Assembly: GCA_000320545.1 (NCBI GenBank)
Contig: ADNK01003018.1
Location: 1 to 64,000 of the forward strand
DNA from: Bigelowiella natans CCMP2755
Lineage: Eukaryota > Protista > Cercozoa
Direction of reading: 5' to 3'
Length of the DNA stretch: 64,000 bases
Shown here: positions 1 through 13,299 of the stretch, piece after piece
Layout: every line of letters starts with the position of its first letter
Position numbering within the stretch: position 1 is the stretch's first letter
Position numbers and translations under genes: made by a program
Notes under the pieces: generated by a model
Databases searched by the model: none
What the model was told of the DNA's origin: nothing
What the model saw: the letters and a program-made list of their open reading frames with translations, nothing else

Positions 1-95
1 TAACCCTAACCCTAACCCTAACCCTAACCCTAACCCTAACCCTAACCCTAACCCTAACCCTAACCCTAACCCTAACCCTAACCCTAACCCTAACC
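1..95 (+). repeat. Telomeric repeat array (TAACCC)n / TTAGGG, left chromosome end
   Basis: 15 perfect TAACCC units plus a partial unit from base 1, ending abruptly in unique sequence. Confidence 0.99.
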
Positions 96-149
96 TTGGT
101 CGTCACTTTGGTTGTGGCCCAGGAGAAAATCCTGACCTCTTCGGAACTG

Positions 150-1130
150 TCAAGCTAGCCATGCTGATCAGCTAGCATGGGCGATCCATCTGAAAGTTGT
201 GCAAATCATGGAGCTAGGGAGGGAAACCAGCAGAGAAAGCAGTTCTCGTCTTGAGATTTGAAGCTCTTTTCGGAATGAACCCTGACCCTGACCTTTCACT
301 GGCGCGTGAGTGGTCTACTAGCCATTTCGATCGGGCGCTGCAATCAGAGCAGCTCTCACAATGAGAATGGCTGAAATGTGCTTGCTGGCTTGTCGCAGGT
401 GCACACGTGCAAAATTTGCACGCACAGAACACGACCTCTGCATGAGTGAGATCAGTTGGTGCGTGTCCAGATGTGTGGGAATTGACACAAGTCCGTCAAA
501 CCTGCAACGAATCGCCAGAATGTGCGCATTTGGAAGCTTTTGCGCGCGACCAAGCGCGTCATGTGATGCAATGGACATTGGATTTGCTCACATTTCTTTG
601 AAATTTTTCGTGCAGCATGTCACACTTGGTCAAACGCACACGCAAAAGCATTCAAAATGTGGCAGAGAACAAACGCGGGTGTGAATTTTCACACTTTGAG
701 GCCTTGAAAATGGACATTTTGGTCAACATCATTTCGGTCATTTTTTCAGGTTTGGCCATCGGACAAGTTCTGATGACTTTTCTTTGACTGGCTGCAACTG
801 CCTGCTGCTTCAAAGCGCGTCGCAAAGCGCTGCACTGTTCAAAACCCCGTCGTTGCCGGGTTTGACGGACTTGTGGAAGACCATGAAGGAACACCAGAAC
901 ACAAGAAGACACACATGAAGACTTGGTGCACACATGCTCATGCGTTGCACACGCAGGAATGCTAGCATGGGCGCAATGAACAGACACAAACTCTCTTTGG
1001 GAGTTTTCACTTGGTGTGAGCTGCAGCAGCTGGCATGTGATGAACTAGCTGGCTTCGTTGCATCCAGGCATGTGTGACGAGATCTAGAGAAAGGCTATGT
1101 TACACGCTTTTCGCATCACATTTCACATTC
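150..1130. other. Palindrome/RY-rich island A (telomere to P4-ATPase 3' end)
   Basis: GCTAGC at 154, 171, 961 (GCTAGCATGGGCG twice), dense TGCA/CATG/GCGC, no long microsatellites. Confidence 0.6.
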
Positions 1131-1175
1131 ACATTCTGATCAACTGACTATTTGGTGACAGTAACCTAGAGGAAA

Positions 1176-4100
1176 TCAGGAAGACTTTTTTTCGTCATTC
1201 ATGTCAGCAGTGTCAAGAGCCAGAACAGAAGCAGCTTCCTCGGTTGCATCATAGATTGCACCGGTCATGTCGTGCCACCGTAGCAATGTGTTAATAATCC
1301 ATTCCTGCTGGCCACTCATACTCACATCAGATTGCGCACGTTGCTTTGCTTGTCCCAACTTCTCCTTTATCTCCAGTACCTGTTTCTTGTGCTGCTTTTC
1401 TGCTCTTCGCATTTGTCTTGGAGCGAATCTATAAGTCTCTTTTGCCTCTTCTTCCTTGACAAATTTTTTAGACAAAGCTCTTTCTCTCAGTAAATCCACA
1501 TAACTCGGGAAAAACTCAATTTTGACGCCTACGATTGCAAGGTCTACCAGTAAAGGTAAACTGCCTGCAAGAATAGACGTAAGCCAGGCCTGGGGATTTG
1601 CCCACATTGCAAATACGACATAATAAAGATCTGGATTGAATTGGGGACTCAGATTCAGAGCGATAGCGAAGAGGATGAAAACAGCTAGTGAACCCCAGAA
1701 GAAGAAGTGGTGAATCCATGTAATTGATCTCATCTCAAATACAAGACGGAAAGATACAGTGAAGACAGTAATCGTATATATAGTCATACTCGTTAGCCAC
1801 AGGCCATGTACTTGACCGTTAGAGAATGTGACCCCATTGGAATCTAAAGCCCAGAATGCAGTGAAGAAAATGATGGAGGTATGAACTACAGCATTCATAA
1901 TCCAGCGGAAGAAGATCCTTGCTCCAAACAACTGTCCACGAGATATCATGCTGCGGTATGCTTTAGGAGTATTTTCGAGCTCTGCGCGAGGGAGACCTTG
2001 GTCTAGGACAGAAACCACGATGATGGGTAATGCGGTGAAGACAGCATTGTAAAACAAGAAAATCCAAGCATTGAAAAGTTGCTGTCCCGAAAATGCCGAG
2101 AAGAATCCGAAGAAGAACATGATGGTCGCTGCGATTGCAGTCTTATAGAATATATACAGTACCATTATCGAGATGCGTTCATATGACCATGCTCCATGAA
2201 CAAACAACAAGGTATGCAAGTATCGAAATTGACCGAATGCATAATCAGCAGCTTGTGCTGCTGCTGAACCCTCTTCTCCAAAAATTCCAACTCCTACATT
2301 TGCTTTCTTAATCATTGGTTCGTCGTTTCCACCGTCTCCAATTGCAAGTGTAACAGCCCCTGTTCTTTCTCTCATCTCTTCAACAATCCACGCTTTTTGA
2401 CTAGGGGTACAGCGACATGCAATCACAGATTTACATTTGGAAGCTAGCTCGAAGAACTGTTCTTTGAGGGCGAACAATTCGTAGTCTTTCTTGCTCAATT
2501 CTGGAATTTCCTCCTCTTGACACAGTAGAGATTTCACCCACGCAACCATACCCGTCTCCCTTGGTCGGATTTGATCCCTCGAAGGTGCCATGGAGATTTT
2601 ACCTAAAGCACTGTCCTCCCCCCCCCCTTCCACAACCATGGAAACAGGTTCCAAGTCATGATTTATGATAGATTCATATCGTTTTTCTCCAGCCTTGATA
2701 TCCTCCCTAATGGCTTTCATCATAGTAATATCTGTTCCTTGAATGAAGTCGACAAACTCCTTTGACGTAATTTTGCCATCATTACCGGAAAGGGTATCAA
2801 GAAGCTGATGATCTGTTGGAAGTTTCAGATACTTGAGGATCATTTTAAGTTCGCTCAGGGAAACATTCCCGTCGCCATTCTTGTCAATCATTCGAAAAAG
2901 TTTTAAAAGTGCCTTGTTATCGATCTTGAGTTTTGCCCATTTGCCCGTTATCTCAATTAGTCTGTTTTGTGATAGAGCTTCTGCAGAATTTATCCGAAAT
3001 TTATCTAACGCACCCTTTCCAGTGACGTCTTTTGGTTTCTTGAGAGCGATCATATCCGGTTCAATCAGGTTACAAGCCATTCCAATATTCTTAGCGGTCT
3101 CTCGCTTGTCACCAGTAAGCATCCATACTTTGATACCACCTTCGAGTAAGTCTTCAATACATTCAGGTACTAGATGCTGCAGTTGGTCCTCTATAGCAGT
3201 CGCCCCGAGAAGATACATCTCAGATTCAACTTCAATTTTCCTGTACGCTTTCCTTCGTTCTTCTTTGACTATGTTTTTGTCCTCTTTTGATTTGCCCTTA
3301 GGTTGTAGGTCCTTTGCTGCAATGTAATCCCCGCGCCTTTGCTCCCACCAGCTGAAAGGTTTTTTAGCCTCTGCTACTAACAAGGTTCGTAGGCCAAAAT
3401 TGCTAGCTTCCAGTAACTTCGTATTGATATCCTGAGATAGTGATTTTTGCTCTTCTGCAACCTTAGCCTCAGGGGACATTTTGATGAGGGGCTCCACGCA
3501 AGAATCTGCCCCTTTGCACATCAACCAAACCTCCTTACGATCCACATCAGAATAAATCACTGTGACTCTCTTCCTTACACTATCAAAAGGCAATACCGCC
3601 TGAAGACGATACTGCTTTTTTACTTTAGTCCCGAGTTGATCTTCCTCAACGACAACGATTGCAGTACCTTCAGCTCCACTTCGTGCTACAAATTTAAACC
3701 CGATGTGGCGAGCAAAGTTGCACAGCGCTAATTCATCAGGTGAGGAAGAATTGTACACAATTTTGTCGCCATCAGCGACGGGAGTAATAGTGTTAGAAAT
3801 CGCCATATGGGTAAGATAGTTCCGCACAAGCTGTGCTTGCCGTGAATTTTTGGTCTCTGGACTCCACATTGTTTGGATCATTTTCTGTTTCATCTCCTCA
3901 GGGAACGAAATTCCACCTTTCACACCCTTCATTTCTTCTTCGTGCTTTTGGACTCGTTTGGTCCAATTGATTTTAGGCATCTTCATACCACTTTCCTTGG
4001 CTTTGACACGTTTTGAAATATCAGTTTCAGATGATCCATACGCTTCCTTTCCCACAAATCCCAATCGAAACTCCATCTTATTCTGTGTTAGGGTCCCAGT

Positions 4101-5602
4101 TTTGTCAGAAAACACATATTCGATCTGCCCCAAGTCTTCACTTATCTGGCCAAAATTTACTTTTAATGGTCCTCGAACGTCGTCCCACATTTCGACATCC
4201 CTTTCCATGAACAATTGCTGGAACTTTTTCGTCAACTCCGACGTGACAACCAAAGAGATGGGGACAAGCTGCGAGAGGACGATGAACCAAGTGAAGAAGC
4301 GAAGAGTGGCAAGACCAGCAATATTGTCGTCAAGAAACAGATATCCTTCCGCAGCGCCTTTATTATCATCTTGCCAGATTCCCGAGTAGATTGCAGCAAG
4401 GACACACAATCCGATTTGAAGGCCAAGCATGTAGAGTAACAAAGTGTTAACTTTTCGAAATATTGCACTCTTCTTCAATTCAGCTCCATCTTCTTTCTCG
4501 TTGTTTTTGCGAATCTTAGTATCAACACCGACGTACAATACTATACCCAGGATGAACGCCGTGTTTTTCAGCTTGGTTCCTCTCAAGAGCAAATTTCGTT
4601 CGTTCAGTTTTACCGGCTCAGTTTCTTGATTAGGAAGAGTGATACTTATATTTCCTACTAATTTCTCGAGGTCTTTGTCCGGTTCCCCATAAACCACCTT
4701 CCCTTTCAGATCCTTCAAGGGTGCAGATACTTGAGAAACTGCAGAATATATTGCAGCCTTGCGCTTCTGTTCATCTTTCTCGTCGTCCTAGAGGTAGGTG
4801 ATGGAAAACATATTGTTAGATTACAACATCACTCATTTACATAAATGGGGCTTACATTGATCTTCTGATACGGCAAATTAGTATGGATGCTTGAAACTGC
4901 TTCTTTCACTTTTAGATTCGTTTCCCCGTCAAGACTGGCAGTTTCTACAAAGCTATGCCCCTTTGCATGTGCCGTCGCAATGCACAGTATATCGGCAGGA
5001 AACACCTCGTTTTGATTGATCATGATGATGTCACCGCAACATAAATCACCAGAAGGTTTGTAGAAATAATGCGTCGGTGCCTTTGAAACAATGCCATTCT
5101 TTCGTTTTTCTGTCTTCCCAGGACTATTTTTAGCAGTGTGAGGGCAGTAAACCAAGTAAGGTTTTCTGGCTCTGGCAGCGTCCTCTTTATGCTTTGCATA
5201 GTCATCCACAGCAGCTCGGATACCACTGACGGTCAGGATGAAAGAGAGAGGAATGTAGATATCAGGAATACCTTGAGATGCCGATATCGCTGGGACTAGC
5301 TGCAGGATTCCAATGAAGAAAAAGTATACGTTTGAAACCTCATGAAACTGATCCCACAGATTCAAGAAGAGAAAGTTCCACAATGTATACCGGCTGGTGA
5401 CGACAACATTATTCACCATTGGTTCTTCATCTCCATTCTCACTAATGAAACTGTGCCGCTCGCGAGCGACATTTGGGACAGCGATATCGAATTCTCTTCG
5501 CCTAGAAAAAAAATATTAACTCAGCTCCGATGAAAATGGAAACGTGAAATATTCTTCGAACCAGCGCTCCTTGGAGTCGTTATTCTTGGCTGGAAGTAAC
5601 AT
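1176..5602 (-). CDS. P4-type ATPase (phospholipid flippase) with an internal EF-hand pair
   Basis: Motifs DGETNLK, VPISLVVT, DKTGTLT, KGAD, TGDK, GDGGND and C-terminal TM helices. Exons about 5602-5562, 5501-4856 and 4787-1176 joined by in-phase GT-AG introns (e.g. 68-nt intron 4788-4855). Start codon tentative. Confidence 0.95.
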
Positions 5603-6623
5603 ATGAAAGTTAGATCTAATCATGAGATTAAATATTAAACGGTATGAAACATTCTTAGGTTTGTAGGTGTTCTTTTTTCTGCCCTCTCATATTTTTTTTT
5701 TAAATTGACATTAATCTCGGACCGTCAGACATTCTTAGCTGTTAAGTTTCCTATTCCAGCAGAATATTAGAGGAGAGTCTGGCGGGGAGATAGGCCGGTC
5801 TGTGGGCCACGCGGTGGAGAGAGGAAGCTTTGCTCGCAGTATTTATTAACCCGCCCCTTTTCCTCTGAACCTAAGCAAAAAACGCGTGGAAAGGGGAAGA
5901 ATGACCTAAAACCAGCATCTACGAGAGTAATTTAAGCAAAATGTCTTGCATTACGGCTATAAGAGGTCACTATGCCATTCAAACATAAAATATCTTGGAC
6001 TCGTCTTAGTTTTAATGTTGGATAAAATCCTGATAAGAGTGTTCTGCCTTTGTCGTCGCAGTAGTTGCAAGGACATTGCATGAGATCTTACTGGATTGAA
6101 TTCTTAAATTCTTGTAGGTCGTTTTGAAATAAATACAAAGACTTTTCACATCATAGATCTACGAGTATTACCTTTTAAAAAAGGTATGTACTCGGACATT
6201 TGTTTGTTGTTACCGTAAATACCGGTTGGATGAGCTATCCATTTTAATCCCACCCCGGGAGAGTTTATGACTTAAATCTGATTCTATGTTTTTTCATTTT
6301 TCATCACAACCATCTTCAAGAGCAGGATTTATTTGATGAAATCTCCTTAGTTACACCTTTACAGCTGTTTGCTTTTCATATTTCGATTATTTTTCCTGTG
6401 GACGCATTATTTTGTCAAAAAGGTATTCCTTTTTGTGTTGTTTGGGGTAATAATTTGTTGCTTTTGCATCTTAATACATGTACTTTTTGGGAGTTCATCA
6501 TCGGCTCCCTACAAAGGAGAATAGAGGAAGGAGGAAGAAGAAGGGAATAAAGAGACAAAATAGAGAGGAGGGGGGGGGAAGACCCTTCGCGGCACCGCTC
6601 TAGAATCGCATTCACAAATACCG

Positions 6624-8720
6624 ATGTCAGCTTATCCGTATTTTGACATACTAAGTCCTCGCCATCATCGCTCTTTCATCCCTCCGCCGTCATCGTCCTG
6701 CCCATTCTTCTGTCCATGCCCGAGAAATGTTGTTAGACTTATCATCGTCGCTACCGTCCTCACCACTGCTACAGTCACTTCTCTCCAAGGTGTAGAATCA
6801 AAATAAATGGATAATTTCCACTTTAGTAAAACATTTTATAGACTTAGTGCATGAAATAATAAAGTTGAGCATGAAGGGGGGGGGGGGACCGAACTAAAGT
6901 GGTTCTGAATTTGGGAACGAAAGCCTGGTATGGGCAAACAAAATCCCCTTCTATGAAAATATTATCACGTTGAAATGTTGTAGTATTGGTTGTTGATAAT
7001 GTGAGTCGTCGTCGTCGTCGGGTCAATATTTCAGCGACGATACTCTCGTGGGACAGTATAGATCATCATCGATGGAGAGGAAGAGCCTCCATTGTACCTG
7101 GAGGGTGTGTAGAGTACTCTTACTACAGTGTTTTCAATTTTCGTATTATTTATTGTGTGTGACAACAAACAAGGAGAAGGAGCAATATTAGTTCCTATGA
7201 TCTAAGAAGAAGCAGTGACGTAGTTTATGCAAAATCTCCTCCTCTTTTCGAACAGGCCACATCCCGTTGAAATTAGAGCAGCAAATTCTCCAATCGGGTA
7301 CATTATCTAGTACCACATTTGAAACAAAACTTGCCTGAGCTCGCTCAAGTTTTACGACGACTAACACGTAGTGGCAACGGTGCTTACGAGGGAGAATTGA
7401 GTGATCCTGGGAGAAAAGCAGATGGTTTGTTCAATACCATTTTGCCAAACGCTCCCAATGTATTTACTACAGTTGTGTTCGATGTCGCTGCTTTCTTCCT
7501 ACAAGCAGATTTGAAAGTAGTTGCTACAGGAGACGAAATCTCTCCTTGCTCTCCTGACCACCCGAACTCAATTAAGGTGTGAATGAAAGGGGAAAGATGC
7601 TACTACTACATATTGATCATCGTAGTAGTCACCCATTGTTGTCTTCGAAGAATAATAACAACATCATCATTTTATCTGAAATTGATGATACCTCCTCCTC
7701 CTCCTCCTCCACCTCCTCCTCCTTTTCAGGGCACAGGGTTGTTCCTTAGCTTACAGGTTCTCCCTTTGCCACACACTTTTTGAAGGGAAGGGGTTTCGGG
7801 GAATTCTGAGTTGAATCAAACTTATTTGTTATCATTAGGAGCTTGATCCTGACGCTCTCGTAACGGACTACTTGATGCTGAGACATGCAAAGTAGTAGTA
7901 GTAGTAGTAGTAGTAGACTTCTTCTAGAACATAGAGATGATAATGATGATGATGATGATAATGATGATGATATGATGCAAATATATAGTAGTAGTGCAAT
8001 TAATAACACTACTTAACTATAATGTTCTCTTACGGGGTTGGTTCTCACACATTTCCCCTAAATGTTCTCTTACGGGGTTGGTTCTCACACATTTCCCCCC
8101 TAACAACCCTACTTACATCAGCTCCAGTTTGAGTGGATTTCTTTTTCTTACGTCACGTTTGTTCTCACACCATCATCATCATCATCACCTTACTTCTTTT
8201 CTTTCTGTCTGGTGCTGCAGTGGGATCTATTGAAACTTGAAACATACGTCGTCGTAACTCGTCTAGATGCCGAGAAGCAGCAGCAGGTTATTACTACCTT
8301 AGAAACAGTTTACCATGATGATCATGTAAAATATTAGTGTCATTGAGAAACCGTTTACCATGATCATGTAAAATATTAGTGTCATTGTATCAAATTACGT
8401 GTTTCTGATGCACAATCGTCGATTGATATATTGATTATTTACACTTGTAGCATGCTGATAATGGAGATGAAGAAGACTTCAGGGATGAAACGACGAGTTG
8501 GGATGGAGATACGAGTGCATATTTCGATCAGGTAGGTTGTGTTATTATCACGTACTGACTGACTGACTGACTCCTGCTTAAAAGCAAGCAGCAATGAAAA
8601 ACGACGACGACGAACTCATCATCGATGATGATGCTTGTATTAGGTTATTTGCGTGAGCGGTGGTGTTGGTACCATATGGGGGATGTTTAATCCCCCTGCC
8701 CGTTTAATAAAGGTAAGGTT

Positions 8721-8754
<34 letters not shown>

Positions 8755-9196
8755 GTTTTTCTTCTGATGAACAATTGGTTTTCTCTGCATGTTTAAAATT
8801 AATAAATGTGCTTTATTCGGCGATAATAACAGCGATGTTGTCGTGACAGAGTGTTGAATTCATCTCGTAACTACAACTGCTACTACTACTACCACTACTA
8901 CTACTACTACTACTGCTATTACTACTACACAAATGATCCAAATATATCCATCGTCGTCTTTTTAAAGCTTACAGCTCAGTGCAAAGAGGGAGGGCAATGC
9001 TTTGGCGTCTTCATAGGAAATCTTCTAATTTATGTCTGGTATTTACCTCGCGTATATACTATGCACACACACACCACATATCTTAACATATATCTATACA
9101 AAGACTGCACACATATCATTATCATATAACAACACTATTTATTGTGAACATTATCATGATCATCATCATCATCATTGAATAATATTCCCATCATCA

Positions 9197-9235
<39 letters not shown>

Positions 9236-9620
9236 GGTGTGCTATATTCCTCCTTGGGATTCCTGAATTAGTGTTAGTTTGGGTCCAATGTGGATGGAAC
9301 CAGGTGCTGCTGCTGCTGCTGCTGTTCTTGCGAGAAGAAGAGAAGACTGCGTGTATTGCAATAACATAATTCATGATAGATGAGGAGAAAGGAATAGACC
9401 ACTTTCACTAGTAATACAACAAATGGTAGTACACTGTTGATCATCATGATATCCTTACTACTACTACTACTACTACTACTACTACCACATCAGGTTGCTT
9501 GGTTATGGGTTGTATGGGTGACATTCTTTATTGCGAGGACTCAAACCGCATGGATCGAGTACCTTCGCTCATCAGCGTGGTACTTTGAACAACACTGAGA
9601 TGATGCTGCAGAGAGAGGGG

Positions 9621-9664
<44 letters not shown>

Positions 9665-10135
9665 CAAAAAGAGAGTAAGAAGCACTTTTTAACGATTTTA
9701 CACCATCATCATGATCATTATCATCATGATTATGATGATCATGATCGCAAATGTAGTCTCACTCATGAATCAACCAACGTTCAGGTGCAGGCAATCGTCT
9801 TATTTCAGATTTCTATCTCACGCCGAAGTAAGTACTATGATGATGATTTGAGGAGTAGTAGTATTTATTTGGTTACGAGAAGTAATAGCAGTAGTCTACT
9901 GAGGTACTAATGATTTGAGTAGTGTTAAAGAGAAATTGTTGTTCTATGATGATTTGAATAGTATATGAGAAAATTGTTGTTTTGGCTACCAGAAGTAGTC
10001 CATTCTTCTTAGTATTTCTCCTTTTCAGTTGTACACACATCTGAGAGTATCATCATCACCATCATCATCATCATCATCATCATCATAATCATCATATTCG
10101 CTTATCTTATCTTATCATATCAATCGGTAGGAGAG

Positions 10136-10169
<34 letters not shown>

Positions 10170-10538
10170 CATGATCTATCCAATAAATGTTCCACGATTT
10201 ACAGCAGCAGCCGTGTAAGATACTAATGCTACTACTACTACTACTACTACTACTACTATAAAGAAATATCAGTCCTTTGTTCCCTTATCATGATATTATG
10301 ATTTGATAAGCTTAATAACTTCGAATTGGTGTGGTCAGAATCGAGAAAATGAAAAGAGTGGTGATAGAGCTGCTGCTGTTTGCAATAATAATGACGATGA
10401 CGCTGATGATGACGATGATAGCGGAGAGGAGGTACTAGACATACTAAATGTTGTATAAAATCACTGTGTATTATTCTATTTATGCACGAACGTGTAACTA
10501 TCGATCTTCTCCCCTCTCCCCTCTTCTCTCTTATTTTT

Positions 10539-10571
<33 letters not shown>

Positions 10572-10881
10572 ACTACTACTACTACTACTGCTACTATCAA
10601 TACTATTACCACTTCTTCTACTAAGATCCTTGATTTAAGCGATGATAACAACAATTACTCCAGCAGTCGATCCAGTAATAATAATAATAATAATAATTAG
10701 TGTTCTTTGTTTGTTTCCTTCTCCTTCTCCTCCTTATATGATGACTATTCCACGACTCCAAGTATGAGCTACGTACTTACTAGCTAACCAACCGTTGATA
10801 TTGAATGTCCTTGCTCATCATCATCATCTTCATCATCATATTGCGAGCTAGTTCTGATGCTCCTGCTCATCTCTCTTTGCT

Positions 10882-10914
<33 letters not shown>

Positions 10915-12059
10915 GTTCTTCTTCTTTTTGTTGGTTTATATCATCGAAAACTATGACGACTGACTGACTGACTGACGATGATGATATTTGAATGCACGGC
11001 TGCTGCCTCCTAGCAGTTAGCGGTGGTATGATTGGAGAAGGATTCTTCAACCCACATAGCTTAGAGCTTTTCTCGGGGTGGGAACGTTGGGATTGGATCG
11101 ATCTTGGGGTGTTTGCAGGTAGTCGTAGTAGTAGGGGTAGTAGTAGTAGTATCCATATTAGTAGCATCATCATCATCATCATCTTCTTCTTCTTCGTCAT
11201 CATCATAAATTCTCACTTATTATTATTATTCTTTGATTTCCAGGAATGGTCGTATTTGTTGCCGGGGTCTCGGTGCAGTTACTTGAATCATGCGGGTGCT
11301 ATAAATTGTATATGTATTATGCTTATTTGCAGACTCATTATATCTATTAAGCACAAGCATAACCCCCCACCCCCTCTATCTGTCTCTTTGTATGTTTATT
11401 TGTCATCCATGGCATAGCATGTCACATGATAATCATCAGATAGGAGCACGTCATCATTTTCATTATCTTTCATTATTATTCTGACGAAAAGAAGAGGATC
11501 TTGCAGTGAACTATATTATTAAAATTGATATTATTATTATTATTATAATCACTACTATGACTGGTGGTGGTGGTGGTGTTTCTGAATTGTTGCTACTGTT
11601 GCTACTGCTACTATGACTGGTGGTGGTGGTGGTGTTTCTGAATTGTTGCTACTGCTACTGCTACTATGACTGGTGGTGGTGGTGGTGTTTCTGAATTGTT
11701 GCTACTGTTGCTACTATGACTGGTGGTGGTGGTGGTGTTTCTGAATTGTTGCTACTGTTGCTACTGCTACTGCTACTACTGCTGCTGCTGCTGTTGTGCT
11801 CCTTTCAGTTGGGACTGCCTGGCATACTTTGTACTAGTTGTATCTGGAATCGACGAGGTCAGGAGAAGAACAAGATAGTGAAAAATAATAAGATTATAAC
11901 TGAATATCTTGAGAGTGCAACAAATTGTTGTTGTTCTTATTCTTAGGTCGTTTGGTTGTGGAGAAGTAAGAAAGGAAGTAGTAGTGGAAGCTCTTCTCGC
12001 AGAGGTAGTGGTAGTAGGAGGAGTAGGAGGAGGAAGGAGGAGAGTATGTAGCACCTCAC

Positions 12060-12096
<37 letters not shown>

Positions 12097-13191
12097 CAAC
12101 AACAACAACAACAACAATAATAATAATAATAACAATTACAATAAAAATCGAATATTATTCATTCTTGTACAACAACAACAACAACAACAACAAGAACAAC
12201 AACAACGACAATCGAATATTATTCATTTTTGTAGTTCACCAATGCATTATTTGTTGGCCTAATGTATTCTGAAGGTGGTTTGCCACGGTCGTTGTTGCAA
12301 CTTCGGCGACACACACGTAGTCGAAAATCCAATAAGAAAATAATGGGGGGAGGCAGAGGTATCAACGATACACTCAAATTCATTACTATCTACTGTACGA
12401 CTTGTTAGTTATTTGATTTGATTTGATTGTTAAAACTACTACTTGTTACTATGTAGGAAGTAACGATGATCGTCGTGGAATAGCAGATGAACAATCACAA
12501 GGGTAGTACGTTAGGGTTATGGTTATTAATTCATCTATCACGGAAGTAATTTGATGAGGAAGAGAGAGATGATGACTTTTTTGTCCCATTGCTTACTTGC
12601 TTAATCATCATCATCATCATCATCATCATCTTATCTTTATATTAATATTATTTATCTGATCATCCACAATACATAGATGGGGATATGGGGAAGGGTTAGG
12701 ACTGCACATGTGGTTATGGCTTGCAGGAGCTGTGGTATTATTGAATTAATTAATGAAGGAATGATGATGATGATGATGATGATGAGAATGTGGTGGTGGG
12801 AGGAGCTGTGGTATTATTAATCAACGAATGATTAGAATGTTGTAGTGGTGTACAAATCAATCAATAATAAGCAGTCTTAAAAATCATTCTTCAATTTGTT
12901 TCAAATCATTTTTTGAATTTTCGTCGTTCAGGTTCTTTGTACGTGGAGGGCCAGTGTAGCGTTACATTTGTTATTCTTATTCGCCTTTTGTGTTTATCAT
13001 TGGACTATGAAGGTGAATCATCACATCATGATAATACCCATTCAAGTATTTCATTACCAAAATCAGTTTATAATAATAATGTGTATATCAGGAAAAACTC
13101 CCGCACCTAAACTTCTAGAAGATCCATTTATCTAGTAGTAATATAGGACAATTCTGCATTCGAACAATGGGATTACCCAAAAATAATGTAG
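6624..13191 (+). CDS. Multi-exon hypothetical multi-pass membrane protein
   Basis: GT-AG bounded exons giving LPELAQVLRRL..PNSIK, GTGLFLSLQ, VSGGVGTIWGMFNPP, CAIFLLGIPELVLVW, WERWDWIDLGVFAG, GLHMWLWLAGAV, LHLLFLFAFCVYHW. No family recognised; start, end and some phases unresolved. Confidence 0.6.
11532..11790 (+). repeat. Intronic minisatellite, 4 copies of a 48-57 bp unit
   Basis: CTACTATGACTGGTGGTGGTGGTGGTGTTTCTGAATTGTTGCTACTG repeated four times. Confidence 0.9.
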
Positions 13192-13299
13192 TCCGTCAGG
13201 TGTGTCAATTAAATTATTATCTTGTTATGTCCCATTCCTGTATCAATACGAATCATTTTAAATTCTCATAAGTAATGTATATCTCATTTTATTCGTTGT

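Noticed and set aside
214-1010. Cys/His/Met/Ala-rich ORFs in island A and the other islands
   Set aside because: Amino-acid bias follows directly from TG/CA/GC alternation; overlapping frames on both strands and no recognisable motifs
2833-4629. Plus-strand ORFs over the P4-ATPase
   Set aside because: Antisense shadows of the long coding exon
7730-7900. In-frame TGA codons suggesting a non-standard genetic code
   Set aside because: Removed by a GT-AG intron at about 7757-7839; TGA, TAA and TAG all serve as stops in other genes
11532-11790. CRISPR-like repeat array
   Set aside because: Head-to-tail minisatellite with no unique spacers, inside a eukaryotic intron
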